Positions 28,766-37,610 of a stretch of 63,622 bases of DNA are shown here, piece after piece. Made by a program: the position numbers and the translations under genes. The notes beneath the pieces are model-generated. The model searched no databases. It saw only the letters and a list, made by a program, of their open reading frames with translations, and was not told the origin of the DNA. Source of the stretch: a virus (taxonomy: Duplodnaviria; Caudoviricetes); IMG/VR virus record IMGVR_UViG_3300045747_000073, positions 1 through 63,622 of that record. One strand, 5' to 3'. Position 1 is the first letter of the stretch, and the number at the start of each line of letters is the position of its first letter.

Positions 28766-29071
28766 TTACTCAACTGAATAAAACCAAGTGTTTGCATCAT
28801 TACCACCAGCAGCAACAAAGATTACTGGCTTACCTGACTCGTATGCCTTCTGAAGGTCTTTGGTGAGCTTGATGAGGGCTTTCTCGTTAGTAATACGAGA
28901 ATAGAGGCACTTACGAGTGCGTGAGTCAGAACAATCAACAAAGATTGATGTCGTAGCTTCATCAACACGAGGCACTGAGGTGATCACTACGGGGAGACTT
29001 TTACGGTCTGGTTGAGTGATGTTGTTGGTTACGAAGGAGACAGAAACAGATGTGAATTTAGGAGTAAACAT
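28766..29071 (-). CDS. Hypothetical early protein, apparent paralog of 30933-31286
   Basis: Shared NN, DxxxRxC, PxxFxAA and AxxWF patterns. Confidence 0.65.
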   Translation of the reverse strand: MFTPKFTSVSVSFVTNNITQPDRKSLPVVITSVPRVDEATTSIFVDCSDSRTRKCLYSRITNEKALIKLTKDLQKAYESGKPVIFVAAGGNDANTWFYSVE

Positions 29072-29110
29072 AATATATGAGCTTAAGTTGGTTGTAGTGT
29101 ATAGGGACCG

Positions 29111-29127
29111 TAGTCGGTACCTATTGA
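29111..29127 (+). promoter_or_regulatory. Variant promoter TAGTCGGTACCTATTGA
   Basis: 13-bp core intact; embedded in hairpin ATAGG-G-ACCG-TAGT-CGGT-A-CCTAT. Confidence 0.6.
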
Positions 29128-29153
29128 GAGTAAATTTAACTGTGCTAGCTAGT

Positions 29154-29170
29154 TAGCTGGTACCTAATAG
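29154..29170 (+). promoter_or_regulatory. Putative phage RNAP promoter TAGCTGGTACCTAATAG
   Basis: 17-bp family copy with no credible downstream + gene. Confidence 0.75.
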
Positions 29171-29276
29171 GAAGGTTGATTAGTTACAGTTTAGCGGGGG
29201 ACTGTAACAGCATTTAAATATGCATTAATCGGCCATCTTAGGGGTCTGCCCAGCCCCGCCCCTAGTATGTTAAAGT

Positions 29277-29302
29277 AGAACGTAGTTCGACAGCTATGCT
29301 GT
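29277..29302. promoter_or_regulatory. Double-hairpin element, copy B
   Basis: AGAAC-GTA-GTTCG-ACAGC-TAT-GCTGT, intergenic. Confidence 0.65.
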
Positions 29303-29653
29303 AATATTGAAGAGTATATTAGTAAGTACCTCTTAAACGTTAAGTTGTAGTTAGTGAATCCTTAAAGGAAAAGAATAAAGGTTACTTGGTAGTATACTTG
29401 AAAGTATATTATAGGAGAGGAAGGATTTTTTGATATAACACTTCTTGATACACTTTGTAATGCCTCCTCTGTAGTGATCCTATGAGTAGGGAGCAACGGC
29501 ACGTTGTGACCGCTGGTAAGTGGTGTTTGTCAGAATGATGTACAAATTGTTCGAAAGGTGATCCAAAATGAACAATTTGAACGTTTGACACTCATCACAC
29601 ACAAAATCACTCACAAAATCACCATAAAAATTAGCCCCTGCTTGTGTAGTGTA

Positions 29654-30265
29654 CTACCTAGTCCTCCCACAAGCCATATCTAAATACTTAATAGTACCCT
29701 CAGCAAATCTCTCTGCTGCTTCCTTGTTAAGATGTACTCCATCGGTAGTATCTGATAGACCTTTGTATAATATATTCTGTCTCCAATTAGCATCAATGAT
29801 ATCACGGTTAACAGAGGTATATGTGTGGATATATGTATCTAATATTGCTGCATTATCTATTTGTGTCTGATTAAGTATGCTATTAGGCGCGTTAGTTAGT
29901 GGTACTATTCCTGTTACCACAATGGTTGCTCCTTTAATGCTCTCGATAGTGCTCTTGAATAGTGCCTCTACCTCTGGCTCTGGTGTATCACCCACGTCAT
30001 TACCGCCAAGCTCTATTAGTACTACTTGAGTGTGGAACTCTTTTGTTATCTCTCTGAGCTTCATGCCACCAACTGCTAAGTCAGTGATGATGAAGTTAGG
30101 TCGTCTTGCTCTGATGTAGTCTGAGAAGCCTACTAGGGTGTTCTTAGCGATGATACTGTCGCCAGTCATTGTAATGGTGCATGGTGTTACTGTAGTAGGA
30201 GCTATGCTCCCGCCCCCGCCACACCCGGCTAGTGCTACCGCTAGTAGTGTTAGTAGTGCTTTCAT
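29654..30265 (-). CDS. SGNH/GDSL hydrolase lipoprotein
   Basis: Lipobox LAGC; GDSI, AVGG, LGGND, DGVH. Confidence 0.88.
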   Translation of the reverse strand: MKALLTLLAVALAGCGGGGSIAPTTVTPCTITMTGDSIIAKNTLVGFSDYIRARRPNFIITDLAVGGMKLREITKEFHTQVVLIELGGNDVGDTPEPEVEALFKSTIESIKGATIVVTGIVPLTNAPNSILNQTQIDNAAILDTYIHTYTSVNRDIIDANWRQNILYKGLSDTTDGVHLNKEAAERFAEGTIKYLDMACGRTR

Positions 30266-30266
30266 G

Positions 30267-30506
30267 TTAGTTCACCTCTGTGGTCATCACTTCTTCACTG
30301 CTATCGTATATGCCAGTCACCTCGACTATGGCACCCGGCAGGTCAGTGATGAACATGCAGTTGGCTAGTACCTTAGCAGTGGTTGCTGTGAGGTAGTTGT
30401 GTCCACCGATAGTGGTGATAGTGCAACCGAACTCAGCGGCTGCTTCGTGGATCTCTTCGTAGTTGATGTTGAGGCCGTCGATAGTGGTAAGTGCAATGTA
30501 TTTCAT
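30267..30506 (-). CDS. Hypothetical early protein (79 aa)
   Basis: AAGGA RBS. Confidence 0.6.
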   Translation of the reverse strand: MKYIALTTIDGLNINYEEIHEAAAEFGCTITTIGGHNYLTATTAKVLANCMFITDLPGAIVEVTGIYDSSEEVMTTEVN

Positions 30507-30575
30507 GATAAATCCTTGTAGAGTGTATTAGCCAAATGCACTGTACTTACCCGGTGCAGGTCTCTCTGTGCTTAA

Positions 30576-30601
30576 CGGACGTAGTCCGCGAGCTATGCTC
30601 G
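30576..30601. promoter_or_regulatory. Double-hairpin element, copy A
   Basis: CGGAC-GTA-GTCCG-CGAGC-TAT-GCTCG, two perfect 5-bp stems, intergenic. Confidence 0.7.
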
Positions 30602-30932
30602 TTGTCCAGAGAATGGACAGAGTAACTTAATACCCGTGGTGACTGATGATCACTTCAAAGTCAGTGTTCGGGAAGAATGCCAGCAGGTATGCTTCGTTCT
30701 CCGACAGTTCAATCATGAAGTGGTGGTCTTGTTTGGTGAAGATGAAGTATGACATGATAAGCCCTATTGGTTGAGTGAATGATTGACAATGAACATACTA
30801 ACCACATGGACGATGCCAGTGATTAGAGCGAGTGCCATGATGATACTATTGCTAGTGTCTATGGCATAGAAGATCGCTGATCCCCAGATAGCGTACAGTA
30901 CGATGTCAGCGAGTATGTTGCCCATGATAACC

Positions 30933-31286
30933 TCAGAAGGGCAACGACAGGTCAACGTTCTCAGTACGCATAGCAAGGTAGTCGTCAGCAGTGATGACAC
31001 CAACGAACCATTGCTCAGCACTCCAGTCACGACCATTGTAACGAGCAGCAGCAAATGCACACGGTTGGTTGACTACCCCTCGTGCACTGTTTGCAATAGC
31101 ATCTAGAGTGAGACTAGGCATAACCCTCACAGCCATTGCAGTCTTGAGAACACACTGACGGAATGAGCCATCAGCAAGCTTAACAACCACACGATCACTG
31201 AGCACCTTGACTTCTGTTACGATGCCAAGGCTCCAGTTAGCGCCCGACAGGTTGTTGAGAGCGATTGATTTACGAGATGCAGCCAT
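30933..31286 (-). CDS. First gene of the early arm (117 aa), ends DLSLPF
   Basis: GGAGG RBS before ATG 31286; the longer 31460 start runs through a low-complexity tract. Confidence 0.7.
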   Translation of the reverse strand: MAASRKSIALNNLSGANWSLGIVTEVKVLSDRVVVKLADGSFRQCVLKTAMAVRVMPSLTLDAIANSARGVVNQPCAFAAARYNGRDWSAEQWFVGVITADDYLAMRTENVDLSLPF

Positions 31287-31294
31287 GATAGCCT

Positions 31295-31451
31295 CCAAAA
31301 GAAACAGGGCAAGAGCGCCCAACCAACACAACAGAGCAACAACCCACAACGCGAGCACAAGGCAAGCCAAGGACGCACGGGAAGAGCCCACAAAGGAAAC
31401 AAGGGGGTCACACAAAGGAACAAGGCGAACCCACAACACACACAAGAAACC
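31295..31451. other. 157-nt tract with a single T on the + strand; candidate genome-end region
   Basis: Only T is at 31408; repeat CACAAAGGAA(A)CAAGG at 31389 and 31411; lies where the two arms diverge. Confidence 0.6.
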
Positions 31452-31478
31452 TTTTGACACGCAAAGAGAGACACCGAT

Positions 31479-31495
31479 TAGCCGGTACCTAATAG
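31479..31495 (+). promoter_or_regulatory. Putative late promoter upstream of terL
   Basis: TAGCCGGTACCTAATAG. Confidence 0.85.
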
Positions 31496-31619
31496 AGATA
31501 TTTTAAGGGCACTCAAAAGAGTATTCTTAAACTATCATTATTCCAAAAAAATTACTAATAATTTCTAGCCAAGTATACCCATACAGAGTATAGGGATATT
31601 CATTAAGGAACAACAAACA

Positions 31620-33359
31620 ATGGCATTCACCGACGTCATCCGCAAGGGCCACCATGCAACGCAGCCCCTCCCAGAGATCCCAGAGGATCTCCTCCAATAC
31701 ATCCCCCAGTCTGCTGCACAGAAACGTGCGAATGGTCTAAAGCTAGCTGCACTAAGAGAACTCAAGAAAAGGGAGAAGCTAAATGAATACAGGGGGAACT
31801 TCGAAGTATTCTGCAATGAACAGGTTAAAGTACTACCCAAGGATGCCTCTATTGGGTTCATTCCATTACATCTTAATGAAGCCCAACAAATCGTCAACGC
31901 CAAGATTGAAGAGCAGCTTAAGGCAACTGGTAAAGTCAGGGCGATCATCCTTAAGGCTAGGCAGATGGGTCTCTCGACATACACAGCTTCGAGGGTATTC
32001 TGGAAGGCTTATCTTAACCCTTACCATAAGTCGGTTATTCTAGCTCATGATGCAGCTACGGCTGATGCATTGTTCACCATGAGCAAGAACATTATTAGCC
32101 GGATGACTGATGAGTACAGACCAGAGTTTAAAAAGAGTAATGCGAAGGAGATTCAGTTCTTGCATAACGACTCAGGGTATCGGCTATATACCGCTGGATC
32201 AGGTGAAGCGGGACGAGGATCAACCCCTACTGTTTGTCACATGTCTGAGGTAGCCTTTTGGCAGAATGATGAGTCACTACTCGCTGGGCTATTCCAAGGG
32301 ATTTCCCAAGCTGACGGTACTGAAGTGATCCTTGAGAGCACTGCTAACGGTATTGGTAATGCCTTTCATAGGCTCTGGAATGGTGCTGTGGAAGGTACTA
32401 ACGAGTATGTAGCTATCTTTGTTCCTTGGTTCTTGATGTCAGAGTATCGTAGGGAACACCCTAAGGACATGGAGCTATTGCCTGAAGAGGAATCCCTTGT
32501 TCTCAAGTTCTCACTAACCAAGGATCAGTTATACTGGCGTAGGTTGAAGATAGCAGAGTCAGGGGAACTCAAGTTTAAGCAAGAGTATCCATCAACTCCT
32601 GAAGAAGCATTTCTTGTTTCTGGTGCTAATGTATTTAACGTGGAGAAGCTAAATGCCCTCATACCTCAACCAGTACTGGCTAAGCGGGAGTTTGATTTTG
32701 ATTCTTGTATGTTTGATGATGTCAGACATGGTAGTCTGGAGATTTTTAAGTACCCGACTTTTGAAGATGCTTTTGCTGTTGGTGCTGATGTTTCTCTGGG
32801 TGTTGGGAGAGATTTTTCTACGGCTGTAGTAATGAACAAGAGAAAGGAAGTATGTGCAATCTATCACAATAACACTATTGATCCTTCTCAATTTGGAGAT
32901 CTACTGTTCTATCTTGGCAGATATTATAACAATGCACTTCTAGCAGTAGAATCAAACAGCATGGGTATTGCCACCTTGAATAGGCTAGCCCAGATGAACT
33001 ACATCAATATGTACTTCCAAACTAAGATGGCTAATGTCTCTAAGGAGGATGGTACTAGAATGGGTTGGAGAACTACCTCATCCAGTAAGCCAGCTATCAT
33101 CGGGTTCCTTAAGTCTGCCATTGAGCAGGAAGAGATCTGGATCCCTTCTAGGATGATGATTCAGGAACTTATGAATTTTGTTGTTAGTGACACTGGTAAG
33201 ACTGGTGGGTCCACTGGTAACAACGATGACTCTGTAATAGCACTAGCTATTGTCTTGGAAGTAATCCGGACTCATGGAGACAGACTAACAAACAATCGGG
33301 TACCGTTCACTCAACAGAGTAAGACGTACCAATCTCAAGGAGATACAAATTGGCTATAG
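31620..33359 (+). CDS. terL: Terminase large subunit
   Basis: LKARQMGLST, HMSEVAFW, ESTANG, GADVSLG, NDDSVIA. Confidence 0.95.
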   Translation: MAFTDVIRKGHHATQPLPEIPEDLLQYIPQSAAQKRANGLKLAALRELKKREKLNEYRGNFEVFCNEQVKVLPKDASIGFIPLHLNEAQQIVNAKIEEQLKATGKVRAIILKARQMGLSTYTASRVFWKAYLNPYHKSVILAHDAATADALFTMSKNIISRMTDEYRPEFKKSNAKEIQFLHNDSGYRLYTAGSGEAGRGSTPTVCHMSEVAFWQNDESLLAGLFQGISQADGTEVILESTANGIGNAFHRLWNGAVEGTNEYVAIFVPWFLMSEYRREHPKDMELLPEEESLVLKFSLTKDQLYWRRLKIAESGELKFKQEYPSTPEEAFLVSGANVFNVEKLNALIPQPVLAKREFDFDSCMFDDVRHGSLEIFKYPTFEDAFAVGADVSLGVGRDFSTAVVMNKRKEVCAIYHNNTIDPSQFGDLLFYLGRYYNNALLAVESNSMGIATLNRLAQMNYINMYFQTKMANVSKEDGTRMGWRTTSSSKPAIIGFLKSAIEQEEIWIPSRMMIQELMNFVVSDTGKTGGSTGNNDDSVIALAIVLEVIRTHGDRLTNNRVPFTQQSKTYQSQGDTNWL

Positions 33360-33530
33360 ATCTTAAACTAACAGCACAGGAACGAAAGAGTATTCAATCG
33401 TTTATGAAGCCTCAAACACAGGCTAAGCTTGTTAACCCCAAGGAAAAGGTTGGCGATAAAATCCCTAAAGACTTTATGCCTAAACGCTGAAATAGTTAGC
33501 CGGTACTGAGGGCTACGCCCGAAGCCAGCG

Positions 33531-33547
33531 TAGCTGGTACCTAATAG
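33531..33547 (+). promoter_or_regulatory. Putative late promoter upstream of portal
   Basis: TAGCTGGTACCTAATAG; truncated copy TAGCCGGTAC at 33497. Confidence 0.85.
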
Positions 33548-33591
33548 AAGAGACCATTGTTGGTCTTTGATTGTATGAATGAAAGGCAACA

Positions 33592-35823
33592 ATGAGTAAT
33601 ACAGCAAATTATAAAGAAAAGGTTGATGACTCAGAACTAAAACAGATGATCGAACAAGGGGTGATGAACTCCGTTGGTGACTTCTTGAACAGTTCTGACA
33701 TGGCCCGAGAAAGACAGAAAGCCACGCTAGAGTACGGGATGATGCCACAGATGCATCTATCACCCCAAGGTGTATCGCAGATCGTATCCTCAGATACCGT
33801 AGAAGTTATTGAAGGATACGTAGCGATTCTGTCTGAACTCTTGTTTAGTAACAACAAACTTGCTAGGTTTATTCCAGCAGGTACACAACCTACTGACTTC
33901 CATAAGGCAAAAGTAGCAAGTGACCTAGTAAACTACACCATTTTCAAGCAAAATAATGGGTGGGAGTTGCTAAATACATGGGTAAAAGCTGCACTACTTT
34001 GGAAGAATTCAGTAGTTCGGTGGGAATATATCGAGGATTTTGAGTATTCCTTTGAAGAATACGACACAATCTCACAAGAAAACCTAGATTTACTGCTGGC
34101 TGAACCCGACACCGAGATTGTCGGTAAGCTTCAGTACGATCAAGAGTTAAAGTCTAATCCGGAGACGGGTCAGTCTGAGTATGTAATGGTCTATAAGGAC
34201 GTGCGACTAAAAATTAAGCACAACAAGACCCGAATTCAGATCAAGAACGTTCATCCAGAGTCTTTCCGTATCACACGGGATGCTCACGGCTTCAATGATG
34301 CTGCTTTTGTTGGTATCCAGATAGATCTTACAAGGTCAGAGATACGAAAACAATGGCCAGACATTGCAGATACGATTAACTGGGACGAGATCGGTGATGG
34401 TTCCTACGATTGGGCCACTAAATACACCGAGGAACAGTCAGTTCGTAAGCGGTTAGTAGGTGAAGAGTACTGGTTGGGTGGAAACTCGCGTGAGTTGTAC
34501 CCAACTGAGGCAAATAGGCAGGTCACAGTCATTGAATGTTGGCTTAGAGTGGATCGGGATGGTGACGGTATCGCAGAATTGAAACATTTCATCTTAGCGG
34601 GTGGAACAATTCTCTTGGAGGAGGATGCAGATGAGATTCCGTTGGCTTCCCTCTGCCCATTCGACGTACCCCACGAGTTCTTTGGTCTATCTGCTGCTGA
34701 TATGGTGCGTCCTACCACTATGGCTACTACCGCTATCCTGCGCGGTTTTGTTGAGAACGTTTATCTCACAAATTACTCCCCGAAGCTAGCAGATCCTAAC
34801 GTAGTTGACTTCTCTGCCCTGCAGAATATGAAGCCTAAGCAGATTATTGCGACTAATGGTAACCCCAACAGTGCAGTTGCTGCTATGACCCCTGATACCA
34901 TCAGCCAAGGTACAGTTCCTTTGTTGGAAATGCTACAAACTCACAAGGAACAAGCTACCGGGCTGTCTAAAGCTGCACAAGGCTTGAATGACACCCTCTT
35001 TGTCTCAGGCAACTCAGACGAGAAGATGGCCCGTGCACAATCTGCAGCACAAGTGCGTATCCAGCACATGGCTCGTAGGTTTGTTGAGACAGGTATTCAT
35101 CGTTTGTGTAATGGGGTGTATAACCTCATCAAGACTAAGATGAAAGGTTCAGAAGTCAAGTATACCACGCAGAATGATGTGTTCAAAGCTGTGGATCCTG
35201 CTACCTTACCCAACAACCTTGTTATGTACATCGATGCTGACGTAGGTGAGAACGGTAACTCATCGATTGTCAAGAAAATGACTATTGTGGGACAACAACT
35301 AATCCCGGCGCTGCAACAAGCAGGCGCTGGTTCGGCGGTTAACCCAGAGGCTGCAGTACGTATTGCATGTAAGACATTAGAAGCAATGGATCTTGATCCT
35401 CTTGACTTCCTTGTTGACTACACTGCACCAGACTTCAAACAGAAGGCTGAAGAATCTCGTAAAGCAGAAGAACAAGCACAACAGAAGAAACAACAACTGG
35501 AAGAACAACTGAAGCAACTGGATATCGCTCAGAGACAAGCAACCCTTGACCTGACTAACGTACAATCGAAAAACGCGCTTCAGGATAACACAAAGCAACT
35601 AATGGTTGCGCTCGATAAGAGCCAACAAGAGTATCTTAAGCTGTACATCAGTGCAGCTAAGGAAGGTGTTGAACTTCCACTAGTCAAAGGAATTGACGAA
35701 CTACTTAAGATCGCCAATGACTTTATTAAGAGTAACGGGGGAGACAACGCTAACGCCCCTCAGGGCAGTGCGCCCCCACCCACACTACCCGGGCCACCTA
35801 TGGCACCGGATTTACCAATGTAA
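33592..35823 (+). CDS. Portal protein
   Basis: 743 aa after terL; SQIVSSD, DRDGDGIAEL, PHEFFGLS, C-terminal coiled coil. Confidence 0.88.
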   Translation: MSNTANYKEKVDDSELKQMIEQGVMNSVGDFLNSSDMARERQKATLEYGMMPQMHLSPQGVSQIVSSDTVEVIEGYVAILSELLFSNNKLARFIPAGTQPTDFHKAKVASDLVNYTIFKQNNGWELLNTWVKAALLWKNSVVRWEYIEDFEYSFEEYDTISQENLDLLLAEPDTEIVGKLQYDQELKSNPETGQSEYVMVYKDVRLKIKHNKTRIQIKNVHPESFRITRDAHGFNDAAFVGIQIDLTRSEIRKQWPDIADTINWDEIGDGSYDWATKYTEEQSVRKRLVGEEYWLGGNSRELYPTEANRQVTVIECWLRVDRDGDGIAELKHFILAGGTILLEEDADEIPLASLCPFDVPHEFFGLSAADMVRPTTMATTAILRGFVENVYLTNYSPKLADPNVVDFSALQNMKPKQIIATNGNPNSAVAAMTPDTISQGTVPLLEMLQTHKEQATGLSKAAQGLNDTLFVSGNSDEKMARAQSAAQVRIQHMARRFVETGIHRLCNGVYNLIKTKMKGSEVKYTTQNDVFKAVDPATLPNNLVMYIDADVGENGNSSIVKKMTIVGQQLIPALQQAGAGSAVNPEAAVRIACKTLEAMDLDPLDFLVDYTAPDFKQKAEESRKAEEQAQQKKQQLEEQLKQLDIAQRQATLDLTNVQSKNALQDNTKQLMVALDKSQQEYLKLYISAAKEGVELPLVKGIDELLKIANDFIKSNGGDNANAPQGSAPPPTLPGPPMAPDLPM

Positions 35824-35835
35824 CTCAGAGAGAAC

Positions 35836-36201
35836 ATGGAAAAATACAGAGAAAACTTTAATGGCCGGGTGAAACCCAAAATGGACTATTCATCCGGCAT
35901 TGGACAAACAAAGATTGAACCCTTCAAAGAGTCACAAATGGCTCTAGCGAAATCTATGTTTGCCAAAGAAGAACGAGAGCAATTCTTTAATGATGCATAC
36001 GGTGAGATCCTTAGCGATCTCTTTGTAGCATGGTTGAAGACCGAGCCACATGCAGTCAAGGAAAGAGACTTCCTATATGCTTCTGCAATGGCTCTAGGCT
36101 CAATTAAATCAAAGATGATTGGCATCGAACAATACGGTACCAACATGCAATTCATCAAACAACAAACCAAATCCCAAGAAGGGGAAGGAAACAATGAGTA
36201 A
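35836..36201 (+). CDS. Head-module hypothetical protein
   Basis: Between portal and scaffold. Confidence 0.65.
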   Translation: MEKYRENFNGRVKPKMDYSSGIGQTKIEPFKESQMALAKSMFAKEEREQFFNDAYGEILSDLFVAWLKTEPHAVKERDFLYASAMALGSIKSKMIGIEQYGTNMQFIKQQTKSQEGEGNNE

Positions 36202-36421
36202 AAATATTCTAGCGAAAGATGTCTTAGTTAAGGCGCGTGATGAGCTGGTCAATGAGATCGCTGCTTGCGGTGCTAACGGTGGGGTGGGTCGCTCTCAGAG
36301 CTATGCCCCTGTTCTGGTAAATATCCAGAATGCTATTGATGTACTCGACGGGCTCGATGTATCTACAGTAGACCGCATGGCCGCAGTTCGCGCAGCTAAG
36401 AAACAACAGACACAAGGATAA
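36194..36421 (+). CDS. Hypothetical protein (75 aa)
   Basis: AAGGA RBS before ATG 36194. Confidence 0.6.
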   Translation: MSKNILAKDVLVKARDELVNEIAACGANGGVGRSQSYAPVLVNIQNAIDVLDGLDVSTVDRMAAVRAAKKQQTQG

Positions 36422-36428
36422 TTAAACA

Positions 36429-37565
36429 ATGGCAACTTACACCGACACCCTCTCTACTTCAACACCTGCTTCAGAAATCTCTAGCAGCAGTTTTAATGAC
36501 GGGGAATACAGTGACTCGAACAACGCACCCAGCCTAGATGACATTATGAAGAACTCACCAGTTGCAGAACTGTTGGGTTTGAATAGTGATCTACCAGAAG
36601 AGGACGAGAGTGAGAATGTTCAAGACAAAACTACAGAAGACAGCACCGATGAGGATGTAGCAGAGTCTGAAAAAGAATCAGATGAAGAAGCCGATAAAGA
36701 TAAGGCCGACGAGAAAGAAGCTGGGGATGAAGAATCTACCCCCGAATCCGAACTCCCGGGCGAAGACGATATCGACTGGACATACAAGATTCCGGTCAAG
36801 ATTGACGGGGAACTTAAGTATGTCACCTTGGAAGAGGCCCGTAAGGGATACGCCACGGATCAACATTTGACCTCTAAAGGGCGACAACTCGCAGAAGAAA
36901 AGAAAGCGATTGACACAGAAAGAACAACTAAGCTAAATGAGTTGGTTCAACTTGGCACTGTCCTCCACGAGGATTTGATGGCTGAGGAGACCAAGCTTAC
37001 TGCGGATTACCAACGACTCACTGCTGAAATCGATAAGGCACGAGACGAAGGTGATACATATGCAGCAAGGGAAGCGAAAGACGCTCGTGAAGCCATCCAA
37101 GAGAAATACTGGAAGGTGCGCAACGGACGGGAAGAAAAGACAAAAGCAATTGCTAGTAAGATCCAAGAACAACAAACATTAGTGCAACAAGAGTTACTGA
37201 AACAATATTCAGAAAAGATCACAACGCTGATCCCTGACTATTCGGATAAAGTTGCCAAGAGTGTTCGGGAATTTGCTATCAAGGAGGGCATTCCAGAAGG
37301 ATTGCTTGAACAAATCTATGATCCCCAAGTTGTGAAATTCATTAACGACTATCGCAAACTAAAGACAGCTAAGGATACGGGTGAGGCTAAACGAAAAATT
37401 GTTCAGACAGTGAAATCAATCCCCACAAAGAAGGGAACCCCGATTTCACAACGAGAGCAGGCACAAGATAAGTCATCCCGGGCGAAGGTTCTATCTGGTC
37501 AAGGGTCCAATCAGGATCAGCTTGACTTCCTGAAAAGGATTTCATCTGTGAGTAAGAAACTTTGA
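36429..37565 (+). CDS. Scaffolding protein
   Basis: Acidic N-terminus, VKIDGELKYVTLEEARKGY, coiled coil, precedes capsid gene. Confidence 0.85.
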   Translation: MATYTDTLSTSTPASEISSSSFNDGEYSDSNNAPSLDDIMKNSPVAELLGLNSDLPEEDESENVQDKTTEDSTDEDVAESEKESDEEADKDKADEKEAGDEESTPESELPGEDDIDWTYKIPVKIDGELKYVTLEEARKGYATDQHLTSKGRQLAEEKKAIDTERTTKLNELVQLGTVLHEDLMAEETKLTADYQRLTAEIDKARDEGDTYAAREAKDAREAIQEKYWKVRNGREEKTKAIASKIQEQQTLVQQELLKQYSEKITTLIPDYSDKVAKSVREFAIKEGIPEGLLEQIYDPQVVKFINDYRKLKTAKDTGEAKRKIVQTVKSIPTKKGTPISQREQAQDKSSRAKVLSGQGSNQDQLDFLKRISSVSKKL

Positions 37566-37610
37566 ATCGGAGTCTAACGACTCCTCTATCTTACTTTAGG
37601 AGAATTTAAA

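Noticed and set aside
29577-29625. Sigma70 promoter at TTGACA (also TTGACA at ~31454)
   Set aside because: No -10 hexamer at 16-18 bp spacing
30198-30210. GGAGC-TAT-GCTCC as a fourth double-hairpin copy
   Set aside because: Only the second hairpin is present, the first is out of register, and it lies in coding sequence; AGCTATGCT near 27930 fails likewise
31287-31474. Hydrophobic N-terminal extensions/ORFs (30933-31460 long start, 31217-31474, 31207-31506)
   Set aside because: Open only because the T-less tract cannot form stop codons; a strong RBS supports ATG 31286
33497-33510. TAGCCGGTACTGAG as an independent promoter
   Set aside because: Lacks the CTAWW initiation half; treated as a truncated duplicate of 33531
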